Assembly (NCBI GenBank): GCA_963751275.1
Contig: CAVVTZ010000009.1
Coordinates: 512,001 to 576,000 of the forward strand
Length of the DNA stretch: 64,000 nt
Reading direction: 5' to 3'
DNA from: an uncultured Gemmatimonadaceae bacterium
GTDB lineage: Bacteria > Gemmatimonadota > Gemmatimonadetes > Gemmatimonadales > Gemmatimonadaceae
The translations under genes were made by a program, and so were the position numbers. The notes under the pieces are model-generated. The model was not told where the DNA came from, did no database searches, and was given only the letters and a program-made list of their open reading frames with translations. Position 1 is the stretch's first letter. The number at the start of each line of letters is the position of its first letter. Below, piece after piece: positions 21,520-35,000 of this stretch.

Positions 21520-22526
21520 GACGCCAGGATGATTTCGTCGTGGGACTCGTGGTCATCGCGGCGGTGGTCGCGGTGACCGGCATGGCACTCTGGCTGAGCC
21601 GCGCGCAGTTCGGCGCCCGCTCGGCGCCCGTGGTCGCGCGGCTGCGCGAGGTGGGCGGCGCGCAGGTCGGGTCGCCGGTCGTCATCCGCGGCGTGGCGGC
21701 GGGGCGCATCACCGGGATCAACCTCGACGAGAAGACCGGCTGGGTGCTCGTGAAGATCGCCCTCGACAAGGGGATCACGCTGCCGCTCAATCCGGTGCTG
21801 CTCCTGAGCGAGGCGAGCATGTTCGGCCAGTGGCAGGCGACGCTCGAGGAACGCAGCGCCGCGCCTCCGAACACCGACGTGCAGGCGCAGCTCGATGACC
21901 CCGCGGCCCGGCTCAACGGCGCGATCCCCGGCGCCGTGCTTCCCGGCATTGGCGAACTGTCGGTGGTGGCGGGCCGCATCGCCGGCGACGTGGAGGCGGT
22001 GGCGCACCGCTTCGGCACGGCGTTCAGCGACAGCGCCGCGCGCGAACTGCGCGCCACGATCAAGAACATCAACAACACGTCGACCACGCTCAACGGCACC
22101 GTTCTCGAGCAGTCGAAGAACCTGGACAAGATCGCGGTAGAGTTGCAGCGGACGATCCAGACGATCGGCTCGGCCGCCGATGCGATCGACCGCACGGCGA
22201 GCCGGATCGACTCCTCCACGGCGAGCGGCCAGATCAAGGAGCTCGTCACCAATGCGCGACTCGCCTCCGCGGATCTGCGCGAGATGGCCGCGCGCCTGAA
22301 GAAGTCCGCCGGCCAGATCGACACGACGTCGCAGAGCTTCCAATCCACGATGACCCACCTCGACTCGGTGCTCGTGAAGGTCAATCGCGGGCAGGGGACG
22401 CTCGGGCTGTTGATCAATGACCCGCGCATGTATCGCGATGCGGACTCGCTGTTCGTCGCGCTGCGGGGCCTCGCCACCGACGTGAAAGCGCATCCCTCGC
22501 GCTATGTGAACGTGAAGATCTTCTGA
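21516..22526 (+). CDS. mlaD: MlaD/MCE family protein with helical extension
   Basis: N-terminal TM, GSPVVIRGVAAGRI, GTLGLLIND. Confidence 0.85.
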   Translation: MRRQDDFVVGLVVIAAVVAVTGMALWLSRAQFGARSAPVVARLREVGGAQVGSPVVIRGVAAGRITGINLDEKTGWVLVKIALDKGITLPLNPVLLLSEASMFGQWQATLEERSAAPPNTDVQAQLDDPAARLNGAIPGAVLPGIGELSVVAGRIAGDVEAVAHRFGTAFSDSAARELRATIKNINNTSTTLNGTVLEQSKNLDKIAVELQRTIQTIGSAADAIDRTASRIDSSTASGQIKELVTNARLASADLREMAARLKKSAGQIDTTSQSFQSTMTHLDSVLVKVNRGQGTLGLLINDPRMYRDADSLFVALRGLATDVKAHPSRYVNVKIF

Positions 22527-22948
22527 TGCCGGCGTCGCGGACGCGCGAGGAGACGTCGGCGGGGGGCGTGGTGTACCGGATCGCCGGCGGGGCGCCGCAT
22601 TTCCTCCTCATCCGGGACAGCTACCAGAACTGGGGATTCCCGAAGGGTCATCTCAAACGCGGCGAGGCGCCCGCCGACGCGGCCGCGCGCGAGACGCGCG
22701 AGGAGACCGGGCTCCATGGACTGGCCCTGCGTGGCGAGCTCGGCGCGATCGATTGGTGGTTCCGTTTCCGCGGCCGCCGGATCCACAAGCTGTGCCACTT
22801 CTTCCTGTTCGAGAGCGCGGATGGGGAGACGACACCGCAGCGCGCGGAAGGGATCACGGAATGCGAGTTCCTGACTACCGACGAAGCCTTGTCACGCCTG
22901 TCGTACGCCAACGCTCGCGATGTGCTGACGCGCCGTCGAACATCGTGA
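22526..22948 (+). CDS. NUDIX hydrolase (Ap4A hydrolase-like); 3' end may be frameshifted
   Basis: SAGGVV, WGFPKGH, GE...AAARETREETGL Nudix box. Confidence 0.85.
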   Translation: MPASRTREETSAGGVVYRIAGGAPHFLLIRDSYQNWGFPKGHLKRGEAPADAAARETREETGLHGLALRGELGAIDWWFRFRGRRIHKLCHFFLFESADGETTPQRAEGITECEFLTTDEALSRLSYANARDVLTRRRTS

Positions 22949-22962
22949 GGGCGCGTCTAGCG

Positions 22963-23091
22963 ACTAGTACCGCTGGAGAGCGCGTCTGGCAACTGAGCGT
23001 ATGGTACGCCAACGCGGGAGTAGCGGCCGCCACTCACGCCTAGGCGTACCATACGCTCAGTTGCCAGACGCGCGGTTACAGCGGTACTAGT
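22963..23091. mobile_element. MITE-like palindromic element (129 bp)
   Basis: Outer 13-bp perfect IR (actagtaccgctg) and inner 31-bp perfect IR (22980-23010/23043-23073); CTAG at both ends. Confidence 0.6.
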
Positions 23092-23174
23092 TTCTACACG
23101 CGCTCCTTGCAGTTAGGGAGTCCTTGTGACATTTTTCACAAGCTGGAACACGACCTCAATCTGAACTCCGAGTT

Positions 23175-24760
<1,586 letters not shown>

Positions 24761-24763
24761 CCC

Positions 24764-25627
24764 ATGGCCAGCGGACGGGAGCTCAAGGGACGGATCAAGT
24801 CCTACGAGGGCATGCGGAAGATCACGTCCACCATGGAGAAGGTGGCCGCGAGCAAGCTCAAGCGCGCGCTCGACCGCGTGGTCGCGGCGCGCCCGTACGC
24901 GCGCGCGCTGGCGGCGGTGATCGCCGATCTCTACACGCCCGCGCTCGCCGAGCAGTTCCCGCTGCTGCGCCAGCCCGTGAAGGTCAAGCGCGCCGCCGTG
25001 CTCGTGATCACGTCGAATCGCGGCCTCGCCGGCGCGTTCAACGCGAACCTCATCCGGGAAGGGATGACGCAGCTGCGCCGTCTCGAATCCGAGGGCGTCG
25101 AGGTGGAGCTGCACGTGGTGGGCCGCAAGGGCGCGGGCTACTTCCGCTTCGTGGGCCGCGCGCCCGCGAGCACGCGCACCGACATCGGCGACCGTCCCAC
25201 GTACGAGCAGGCCGTGGAGCTCGCGTCGCCGTTGACTGATGCGTTCATCGCGGGCCGTCTCGACGCGGTGTACGTCGTCTACTCCAAGTTCAATTCGGCG
25301 ATCTCGACGCCGCCCACCAGCGACCTCGTGCTCCCCGTCACGCCGCCCGCCCGCACCGGACCGGCGCGCGACTATCTGCTCTTCCCGGACGCGCCGGCGA
25401 TCCTGTCGGAGCTGCTGCCGGCCTATGTGCGCAACGCCGTCTATCGCGCGCTCGTGGAAACGGCGTGCGGCGAGCAGGGCGCGCGCCGCACCGCCATGAA
25501 GAACGCGACCGACAACGCAGGCGACCTGCTGGACATTCTTCGCCGTACTTACAACCGCGCCCGCCAGGCGCAGATCACGCAGGAGATCGCGGAGATCGTC
25601 GGCGGCGCCGAGGCGCTGAAGGGCTGA
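24764..25627 (+). CDS. atpG: ATP synthase F1 gamma
   Basis: [40 protein letters not shown]. Confidence 0.95.
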   Translation: MASGRELKGRIKSYEGMRKITSTMEKVAASKLKRALDRVVAARPYARALAAVIADLYTPALAEQFPLLRQPVKVKRAAVLVITSNRGLAGAFNANLIREGMTQLRRLESEGVEVELHVVGRKGAGYFRFVGRAPASTRTDIGDRPTYEQAVELASPLTDAFIAGRLDAVYVVYSKFNSAISTPPTSDLVLPVTPPARTGPARDYLLFPDAPAILSELLPAYVRNAVYRALVETACGEQGARRTAMKNATDNAGDLLDILRRTYNRARQAQITQEIAEIVGGAEALKG

Positions 25628-25668
25628 CGCCCTTCGCGCGATACGCAGCACTCAAGGGGATCCGAACC

Positions 25669-27088
<1,420 letters not shown>

Positions 27089-27096
27089 GAGCGTTC

Positions 27097-27354
27097 GTGC
27101 TGACGATCTCGGTGATCTCCCCCGAACAGACCCTGTATGAAGGGAGTGCAACTTCCGTCGTGGCTCCCGCGTATGACGGGGAAGTGGGTATACTTAGCGG
27201 CCACGCACCGCTCATGACGCTGTTGGGCAGCGGTACATTGCGCGTCATGAACGGCGCTGTGGAGGAGCGGTTCACCATCGAAGGTGGCTTCCTGCAGGTC
27301 GTGGACAATGTCGTCCGCGTCGTGACCGAGAAGGCGAGTCTCGCCACACGGTAG
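27097..27354 (+). CDS. atpC: ATP synthase epsilon (N-terminal domain only, 85 aa)
   Basis: VISPE, GEVGILSGHAPL, GGFLQV; position after atpD. Confidence 0.88.
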   Translation: MLTISVISPEQTLYEGSATSVVAPAYDGEVGILSGHAPLMTLLGSGTLRVMNGAVEERFTIEGGFLQVVDNVVRVVTEKASLATR

Positions 27355-27382
27355 CATCACAACGTTCTCTGGAGACGATACC

Positions 27383-28018
27383 ATGTTGATTTCCCGCACT
27401 CGTACGCTGGCCGCGCTGGCGATCGGCGCGCTCATCACCCTTGCCGCGCCGGCGCGCGCGCAGGCGTGGCACTACCCCGCCATGCAGCCGGCCTCGCAGG
27501 AGCCCAATGAGGTCAACGTCCTGATCGCGGGCTTCGGCGGTGACTACGGCGAGTCGTTCGTCGGCCAGTACCGCTGGACCATGGACAAGCGGACGCAGCT
27601 GTGGGCCGACGTCGGCGTGTCCACGCCCACCGGCTCGACCCTGTTCGACATCGGCATCGCGGGCGGCTGGATGCTGCTGACGCCCACGCCCGACCGGCCG
27701 ATCGACCTGATGGCGACGCTCGGCGTGTACGGCGCGTTCGGCGACGGTTCCATCTGGCGCATTCCGATCGGCCTCAACGTCGGCCACACGTTCATCCTCG
27801 ACAACAAGCACGCGCTCAAGATCTTCGGGTTCCCGCGCCTCTCGATCGATTTCTGCTCGAGCAACTGCGGCACGAACGCGAACCTCAATTTCGACGCCGG
27901 CGCGAGCTATGACATCACCAGCGCCATGAGCGGCCGCGCGGCCTTCACATTCGGCGCGGTCGCCGAGGGCAGCTCGGACGCGGGCTTCGGGATCTCGCTG
28001 GCGTTCAAGACCAAGTAA
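27383..28018 (+). CDS. Putative outer-membrane beta-barrel protein
   Basis: Signal peptide ending ARA; alternating amphipathic strands; ends FGISLAFKTK. Confidence 0.6.
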   Translation: MLISRTRTLAALAIGALITLAAPARAQAWHYPAMQPASQEPNEVNVLIAGFGGDYGESFVGQYRWTMDKRTQLWADVGVSTPTGSTLFDIGIAGGWMLLTPTPDRPIDLMATLGVYGAFGDGSIWRIPIGLNVGHTFILDNKHALKIFGFPRLSIDFCSSNCGTNANLNFDAGASYDITSAMSGRAAFTFGAVAEGSSDAGFGISLAFKTK

Positions 28019-28036
28019 CGCTCTACACGCGCGATC

Positions 28037-28073
28037 AAAGGGAGCGGGGCGCACGGCGCTCCGCTCCCTTTTT
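28037..28073 (+). terminator. Intrinsic terminator
   Basis: aaagggagcggggcg/cgctccgctcccttttt. Confidence 0.75.
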
Positions 28074-28084
28074 CGTTCTACAGA

Positions 28085-28490
28085 CCCCGAACGCCGTTAT
28101 TCGTCCCCCGAACTCCGTGAGGCGTGAGGCGTGCGACGAACTGACTGTACGGCGTCATTGGAGACCCTAACGCCGTGAGTCGCGACCCGAGCTCCGTGAT
28201 TCGTAACCCGAACACCGTTAGTCGTGAGTGCACTCACGGTGTTCGGGTGACCAATGACGCCGTACAGTCAGTTCGTCGCACGCCTCACGCCTCACGGTGT
28301 TCGGGTGACCAATGACGCCGTACAGTCAGTTCGTCGCACGCCTCACGCCTCACGGCGTTCGGGGGACCAATGACGCCGTACAGTCAGTTCGTCGCACGCC
28401 TCACGCCTCACGGCGTTCGGGGGACCAATAACGCCGTACAGTCAGTTCGTCGCACGCCTCACGCCTCACGGCGTTCGGGGGACCAATAAC
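28085..28490. repeat. Gene-free inverted/tandem array: 21-bp modules, one inverted copy, then ~4.4 tandem 58-bp units
   Basis: Units start 28235, 28293, 28351, 28409, 28467; inverted copy at ~28107-28161. Confidence 0.92.
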
Positions 28491-28509
28491 GTGATTTGGG
28501 GGTCGCCGT

Positions 28510-29804
28510 TCAGGTCTCGCCGCGCATGAGTTCGAGTACCATCTCGGTTGACCTTGCCGCCGCGCCGAGCCCGGCCCGCACCATTTCTCGCGCCGCGGCA
28601 CCCGCCGTTTCGCCGGCGCCCGTTCCACCGAGCCACGACACCAAGCGCGCGCCCAACTCATCGGAGCTCGCTGCGCTCGCTCCGCCCCCGCATTGGATCA
28701 ACAGGCGCGCGTCGCGGCTCATCACGAAGCGCGGCCCGAACGCCACTGGTGCGCCGTACGCCGCCGGCTCCAGCACCGAGTGCAGTCCGGCCGCATGGAA
28801 TCCGCCGCCCACGAATGCGCCCGTCGCGAGTGCATACAACTCGCCGAGTACTCCCACGCGGTCCACGATCACGACGTCTGCCGCACCCGCGCCCTCGGCG
28901 CTGAGGCGCGCGGTGCGCAGTCCCTGCTGCGCGGCGAGGCGCTCGAGTGGTTCGAGGTGCGCGGCCGTCGGTTCGTGCGGCGCGATGATCAGGCGGGCCG
29001 AGGGGATCGCCGCGCGCACGATCCGCCACGCGCTGAACAGGGGGGCCTCGTCCGCCGGCCAGGTGGAGCCCGCCACCAGCGTCGGCCGCGGGGAGACGAG
29101 CGGCGCGAGTAGCGTACCGCGCCGGTCGGCCGCGGCCGCGCGCATCCAGACCTGATCGTACCGCGTGTCGCCGGTGACCCGCACGCGTTCCGCTCGCGCG
29201 CCGAGCGCCGGTGAGCCGCGTCGGCATCCGCTTCATCGATCGCGCCGATCGCATCGAGCCGTGCGTACGCATCGCGCAGCACCGCGCGCGCGATCGGCGA
29301 GCGGCGCCCCGACGCGTCGCTCAGCGTCGCGCTGATGAGCCCCACGCGCACGCCGCGCGCCGCGGCCTCGCGCGTGAGCGTCGGCCACACATCGAGCTTG
29401 CTGAAGACGAGCGCGCGCGGCCGCAGCGCATCGAGCATCGCGCGCCCGTCGGCCGCGCGATCGAAGGGCAGATAATCCGCGCCATCCACGTCCAGCGCGC
29501 GCGCGAACGCCTCCGCGCTCGGCGAGAAGAACGTGTAGGCGATCTGCGCATCGGGGCGCTCGCGGCGGATCCGTTCCAGCACGGGCCGCGCCTGCAGTCC
29601 CTCGCCCACCGATGGCGCGTGCACCCAGAGCAGCGGCCGCGCCGGATCGCGCCGGTCCTTCGCCCACCGCTCCCATCGCGCGACCAGTCCCTTCCGCGCG
29701 GCGAACGTGCGCCGCGTCTTGCCGTCACCCGCGGGGGCGAGCTGCGCGCCGAGCTGCGCCGCGCGCGCCGCTCCCTCGTACAGCAGCTCGACCAGCGGAT
29801 GCAC
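28510..29804 (-). CDS. waaA: 3-deoxy-D-manno-octulosonic acid (Kdo) transferase (frameshift near 29200)
   Basis: LWVHAPSVGE, TFFSPS, YLPFD, VTGDTRYD, VAGSTW, HSVLEPAAYG. Confidence 0.88.
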
Positions 29805-29815
29805 GAAACTGCGCG

Positions 29816-30454
29816 CTACGGCTTCGCGGCCGAGCGGGCGAGCGCGTCGTCGAGCGCCTGGCGGAAGACCGAGATCCCCGCCGCGCCGGCGAGCTTGCGG
29901 CCCCCGATCAGGAAGGAGGGCGTCGAGGTCACGCCCTGCTCCTTGGACTTGTCGATGTCGGCCTCGATCGTGGGCGTCATTGCGCCGGACTTGATGCACG
30001 CGTTCATGTCGGCCACGTTGACGCCCGCGCGTTTCGCGAGCGACTCGAACGCCGGCGCGGGATCGGCGAGACCTTCCCACGAACCCTGATTGTCGAACAA
30101 CAGGTCCGCCATCGGCCAGAACTTCCCCTGCGCCGCCGAGCACATCGCCGCCTGGGCGGCGGGCATCGCGTTCCGGTGCATCGGCAGCGGGAAATTGATG
30201 TACGCGAGGCGGATCTTGCCGGTGTCCACGTACTCCTTCTTCACGGCGGCGTACGTCGAATCATGCCACATCTTGCAGTACGGGCACTGGAAGTCGCTGA
30301 TCTCGATGAGCCACACCGTGGCCGTGGGGCTGCCCTCGATGCGCGCCCGATCGGCGCGGCGCGCCATGGAGTCGGCGGCGGCGTTCTGTGCGGCGGCGGG
30401 CGCCGCGGCGGTGAGCACGAGGGTGGCGGCGAGCAGGAGATGGGTTCGGGTCAT
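29816..30454 (-). CDS. DsbA-family thioredoxin-domain protein
   Basis: Signal peptide; SDFQCPYC; GVTSTPSF. Confidence 0.88.
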   Translation of the reverse strand: MTRTHLLLAATLVLTAAAPAAAQNAAADSMARRADRARIEGSPTATVWLIEISDFQCPYCKMWHDSTYAAVKKEYVDTGKIRLAYINFPLPMHRNAMPAAQAAMCSAAQGKFWPMADLLFDNQGSWEGLADPAPAFESLAKRAGVNVADMNACIKSGAMTPTIEADIDKSKEQGVTSTPSFLIGGRKLAGAAGISVFRQALDDALARSAAKP

Positions 30455-30460
30455 CAGGCC

Positions 30461-31678
30461 TCAGAAATCGGAATGGAGCCGCCGGAGCGCGTTCGTGCGG
30501 CCATCGAGCAGATAAGTATAGCTGTCCGTGGACACGATGCTGGCCGCGAAGCCGAGCTCGCGCGCGACGCCAATGGTGACGAGCGCGCTCCCGCGGAGAT
30601 CCACCACGTAGACGCCGTCGGGGCCAGCCGCGACGAACATCCGGGAACCCGCGATCGACACGTCATACGTGAAACGCGCGACGGTCCACGCATGCCCCGC
30701 CACCGGGTGCGCGGGATCGGTGACGTCGAACATGCGGACGCCGCGCTCGCCCACGGCGACGGCCACGCGGTTGCCAGCGGCGGCGATCTTGCGCGCGCCG
30801 CCGTCGATCCGCGACACCGAGAGCCGGACGAGCGAGTCGCCGTTCAAGCGGAGCGCGAAGAGCGAGTCATCGGTCGCGGCCCACACGATGCTCCGGGCGG
30901 TGTCGAGCGCGAGCGCGCGCACTGGCGCCGCGAGGGTCACGCCCGGCCACGCGAGCTCGCTGTCCGCATTCACCGGCGTGATGCTCACTCGGTCCCCGCT
31001 CGCCGAGATGACGTGCCCTCGCGTCGCGACCGCCGCGGCCACCTCGCCGGACAGCACGAGCAGGCCGGGCCCCTGCCGCGGCGGGAAGAGGTAGAGTCCG
31101 CTGCCAGTCCCCACGGAGAGCCACTCGGTTCGCGGAGAGATGGCCAACGTGGTGATCCCGATCAGTCCGCGCGCGCGCAGGTCGCCCGGGAGCAGGCTGT
31201 TCCGGGAGAAGAACGTTTGCACGCCCTCGCTGGTGCCGACGTCCACGAGCGAGTCGCGCGCCGTGAGCGCGATCGGATCGCCCGTGACGTCGATCCGGGT
31301 GCTCCCGACGGAGAGCGGACGCACACCACGGAATTGCACCGCATGGATCTCATCGTACTGTTTCCCGAGCAGGTAGCCGCCGAGGCTGCCGAGGATCAAG
31401 CCGCCGACGACGACCGAGTACGCGGTCGGTTTCTGCGACGAGCCGATGGCGAGTCCGACGCCGAATCCGACGAGCGCGCCGACCACGGCCATGGACTTCT
31501 TTCGAGGCGTGCGCCCCTGCTCCATGTACACCGTGTCGTTCTGCGCACGCGCCGGCGGCGCCGAGGCCGCGAGGGTCGCGGCGCAGACGAGGGCGACGGC
31601 GGTGTTCCGGCGGAGGGAGGGGCGAGCCGGGAGGTGCCGGCGGGAGCGGTCGACCGGGGGGTGACGAAATAGGATCAT
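30461..31678 (-). CDS. Hypothetical secreted beta-propeller protein (LVIVD-like repeats)
   Basis: Signal-like segment; VAVGERGVRMFDVTDPAHP and VAAGPDGVYVVDL; start uncertain. Confidence 0.6.
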   Translation of the reverse strand: MILFRHPPVDRSRRHLPARPSLRRNTAVALVCAATLAASAPPARAQNDTVYMEQGRTPRKKSMAVVGALVGFGVGLAIGSSQKPTAYSVVVGGLILGSLGGYLLGKQYDEIHAVQFRGVRPLSVGSTRIDVTGDPIALTARDSLVDVGTSEGVQTFFSRNSLLPGDLRARGLIGITTLAISPRTEWLSVGTGSGLYLFPPRQGPGLLVLSGEVAAAVATRGHVISASGDRVSITPVNADSELAWPGVTLAAPVRALALDTARSIVWAATDDSLFALRLNGDSLVRLSVSRIDGGARKIAAAGNRVAVAVGERGVRMFDVTDPAHPVAGHAWTVARFTYDVSIAGSRMFVAAGPDGVYVVDLRGSALVTIGVARELGFAASIVSTDSYTYLLDGRTNALRRLHSDF

Positions 31679-31796
31679 TCGGTGGGCTGGGGGTCGGAGG
31701 CGGTCGTACAGTATAGTAGGGAGCGTCGCGATCGGCGGACGATGGGGCCGTCCATTGGGGTAGTGTCCAATGCCGTGGACATCTTCTGACTACTTC

Positions 31797-31825
31797 TTGA
31801 CACACCCCGCACCCGTTCCTATACT
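31797..31825 (+). promoter_or_regulatory. Sigma-70 promoter for susC1
   Basis: TTGACA-17 bp-TATACT. Confidence 0.75.
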
Positions 31826-32060
31826 CGGAAGACAAGGCAGTAGGTCCGAACGGTTTGGCAGCCCGGGTCCACGGATTCCGGCGGCCAACTGGTGGGCCTG
31901 TTGCTCATCCTCGTATTTCTGCTTTCGGACTCAACCAGGGAGGTGCCCCGGAAGTCGCGAGCCCGGTCAGTTGGCTGCGACGCGAGTGCGCGCAGCTTGG
32001 TTCCCACGGATGGATCGCAGATCCACACGTTCATTGGAACGAAGATCGAAAGGAGGAAGC

Positions 32061-35000
32061 ATGGGACGTCTTGTCAAGTCAGTTCTCGCGATCGTTTGCG
32101 CGCTGATCGCGTTGCCCGCATTGGCGGCAGCGCAGGAAGGCGCAACGATCAGCGGGCGCGTGACGAGTGAGGCCGGTGCACCACTGAATTCCGCCAACGT
32201 GTTCCTCGAAGGGATGAACATCGGAACGCTGGCGAAGGAAGATGGCCGGTACACGTTCGTCGTGCCCGCAGCCCGCGTGAAGGGCCAGCAGGTGACAGTG
32301 ACCGCCCGCTTGATCGGCTACCGCGCGAAGTCGGCGACGATCACGCTCGCGGCCGGTGCGATCACGCAGGATTTCGTGTTGGCGACCAATCCGCTCCGGC
32401 TCGGCGAAGTCGTCGTGACGGGTGCCGGTACGGCCACCACGGTCGGCAAGCTTGGCGTCGTGATCAACAACGTCGACTCGACGGCGATCGCGAATTCGAG
32501 CGAATACAACATCGTGAACGCGCTGGCGGCGAAGGCGCCGAACGTCAAGGTCAATAGCCAGGCGGGCGACCCGGGCGCTTCGTCGTACATCCAGATCCGC
32601 GGGCTCCGGTCGCTGTCGGGCACGGGGCAGCCGCTGTTCGTGGTCGACGGCACGCCGATCGACAACCAGACGAACTCCACCACGGGCTCGACGGGCGGCA
32701 CGGTGGCCCCGAACCGCGCGGCGGACATCGATCCGAACGACATCGAGTCGGTGGACATCCTGAAGGGTTCGGCGGCGGCCGCGATCTACGGTGCGGCGGC
32801 GTCGGACGGCGCGATCCTGATCACGACGAAGTCCGGTAAGTCGGGCGCGACGCGCTTCAGCTTCTCGTCGCAGCTGCAGGTGAACGGTGTGAGCCACGAG
32901 GTCCCGCTGCAGACGGACTACGCGCAGGGCAACGGCGGGGTGACCGATAAGTGCGCCGCGAACCTGACGACGGGCTGCACGGCGACCAGCATCTCCTACG
33001 GCGCGTCGCTCGCGGGCGGCACGACGACGTACGATCACTACACCGAGCTGTTCCGCGAAGGCGATCAGTGGAACAACAACCTGATGCTCTCCGGCGGCAA
33101 CGATCGGACCACGTACTACCTGTCGATGGGGTATTCGAATACCCAGGGTGTCATCACGGGCCCGAACAACTGGTACGACCAGTACAATCTGCGCGTGAAG
33201 GCGTCGCAGCGGCTGGCTGACCGCGTCGTGGTCAGCGGCAACATCGCGTACGTCGACACGCACGGGTCGTTCATTCAGCGTGGTTCCAACGTGTCCGGCC
33301 TCTTGCTCGGCGGATTGCGCACGCCGCCGGCGTTCAACAACCAGCCGTACCTCGACACGATCACCGGGTTGCAGCGCTCGTACCGGCATCCGGCGTACTG
33401 GCCGGGTTCGCAGGTGTCGTCGCGCGGCTACGACAATCCGTTCTTCGTGCTGAACTCCGATCCGGCGACGTCGCAATTGAATCGCGCGTTCGGCAATGTG
33501 GCCGTCGACTGGGAAGTCAACGACTGGCTGTCCGTCAAGGACAACCTGGGCGCGGACTACTACAACGACCAGCGCACGGAAGCGCTGGCGCAGTCGTCGT
33601 CCGGGTTCCCGACCGGTCTGGTGACCGTCGGCAACTATTCGGTCTACAGCATCGACAACTATCTGACCGCGACCGGCACGAAGACGTTCAATCCGGACTT
33701 CAGCGGGTCGTTGACGCTGGGCACGGACGTGCAGTCGAACAGCCAGACGCAGAACTTCACGCAGGGCCAGACGCTGGTCGCGCCGACGCCGTACGCGATC
33801 ACGAACACGGTGACCTACGTGCCCTCGACGTACAGTTCGCTCATCCATTCGCTCTCGTACTACGCGCATGCGACGGCGGACCTGTTCAATCAGCTGTATG
33901 TGACGCTCGGCGTTCGCCGCGACGGGTTCTCGACGTTCGGTGCGAGCGAGCCGTATGCCTGGTATCCGCAGGCCAACGTGGCGTGGACGTTCACGAACGC
34001 GTTGGGCAACACGGAACAGAAGGGTGTGCTGAGCTTCGGCAAGGTACGCGTCGGTTACGGCGAGACGGGCAAGCCGCCCGCTCCGTACTCCACGCAGACC
34101 GTGCTGGCGGCCGGCGCCTCGACGTTCTATGGGTCGGGCTACGGCGACTTCCTCCTCGGTTCGCAGAACGGGCATGGCGGTCTGTTGAGCGGGGCGAATC
34201 TGGGCAACGACAACATCCTGCCCGAGCGTGAGAAGGAACTGGAAGCCGGTCTTGATTTCGGCTTCTTCAACCAGACCGTCGATGCCGGCATCACGTGGTA
34301 CAAGGAGAACTCGACGGACGTCATTCAGGCGCTGCCGATCCCGCCGTCCACCGGCTACACGGGCGCGCTGTCGAACGCCGCGGCGATCGAGAACAAGGGC
34401 TTTGAAGTGACCGCGAATTGGCGTCCGCTGACCACGGCGAAGACGTCGCTGGAGTTCGGTGTCACGTGGGGCCAGAACTTCACGAACGCCACGAGTCTGG
34501 GCGGCGCGCAGTTCTACTACATCGCCGGCGGTACGTTCACCGGCGCCGTGGGTGCCATGTACCTGAACAACGGCATCGTGATGCAGGGGCAGGACTTCGT
34601 CCGCTGCGGTAAAGGTCTCGAGGATGCTACCGATCCGACCATCGCGTCGTACTGTGATGGCGCGCCCAAGAACGCGCTGTACATCGATGCGAACGGCTTC
34701 CCGATCACGGATCCGAACCAGCAGATCATCGCGAATCCGAATCCGAGCTGGATCGGTGGGTTCCATGGTTCGCTGCGCTTCGACAAGCTCACCGTGACGT
34801 TCCTGGTGGATCACAAGCAGGGCGGCCAGGTGTGGAACGGGACGCAGGGCGCACTCGAGTACTTCGGAACGCACAAGATCACGGATCTCCGCAACACGAA
34901 CCAGACGTTCGGTACGTCGGGCTGGTTCCCGGGCGCCGTCGTCGGTCCGGGCGCGGGCACGTCTGTGCTGATCGATCAGAATTGGTTCGAGGGCGACGGC

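Noticed and set aside
28235..28490. CRISPR array (also considered for 49.7-49.9 kb)
   Set aside because: Units are contiguous near-identical 58-mers with no unique spacers, and there are no cas genes in the window
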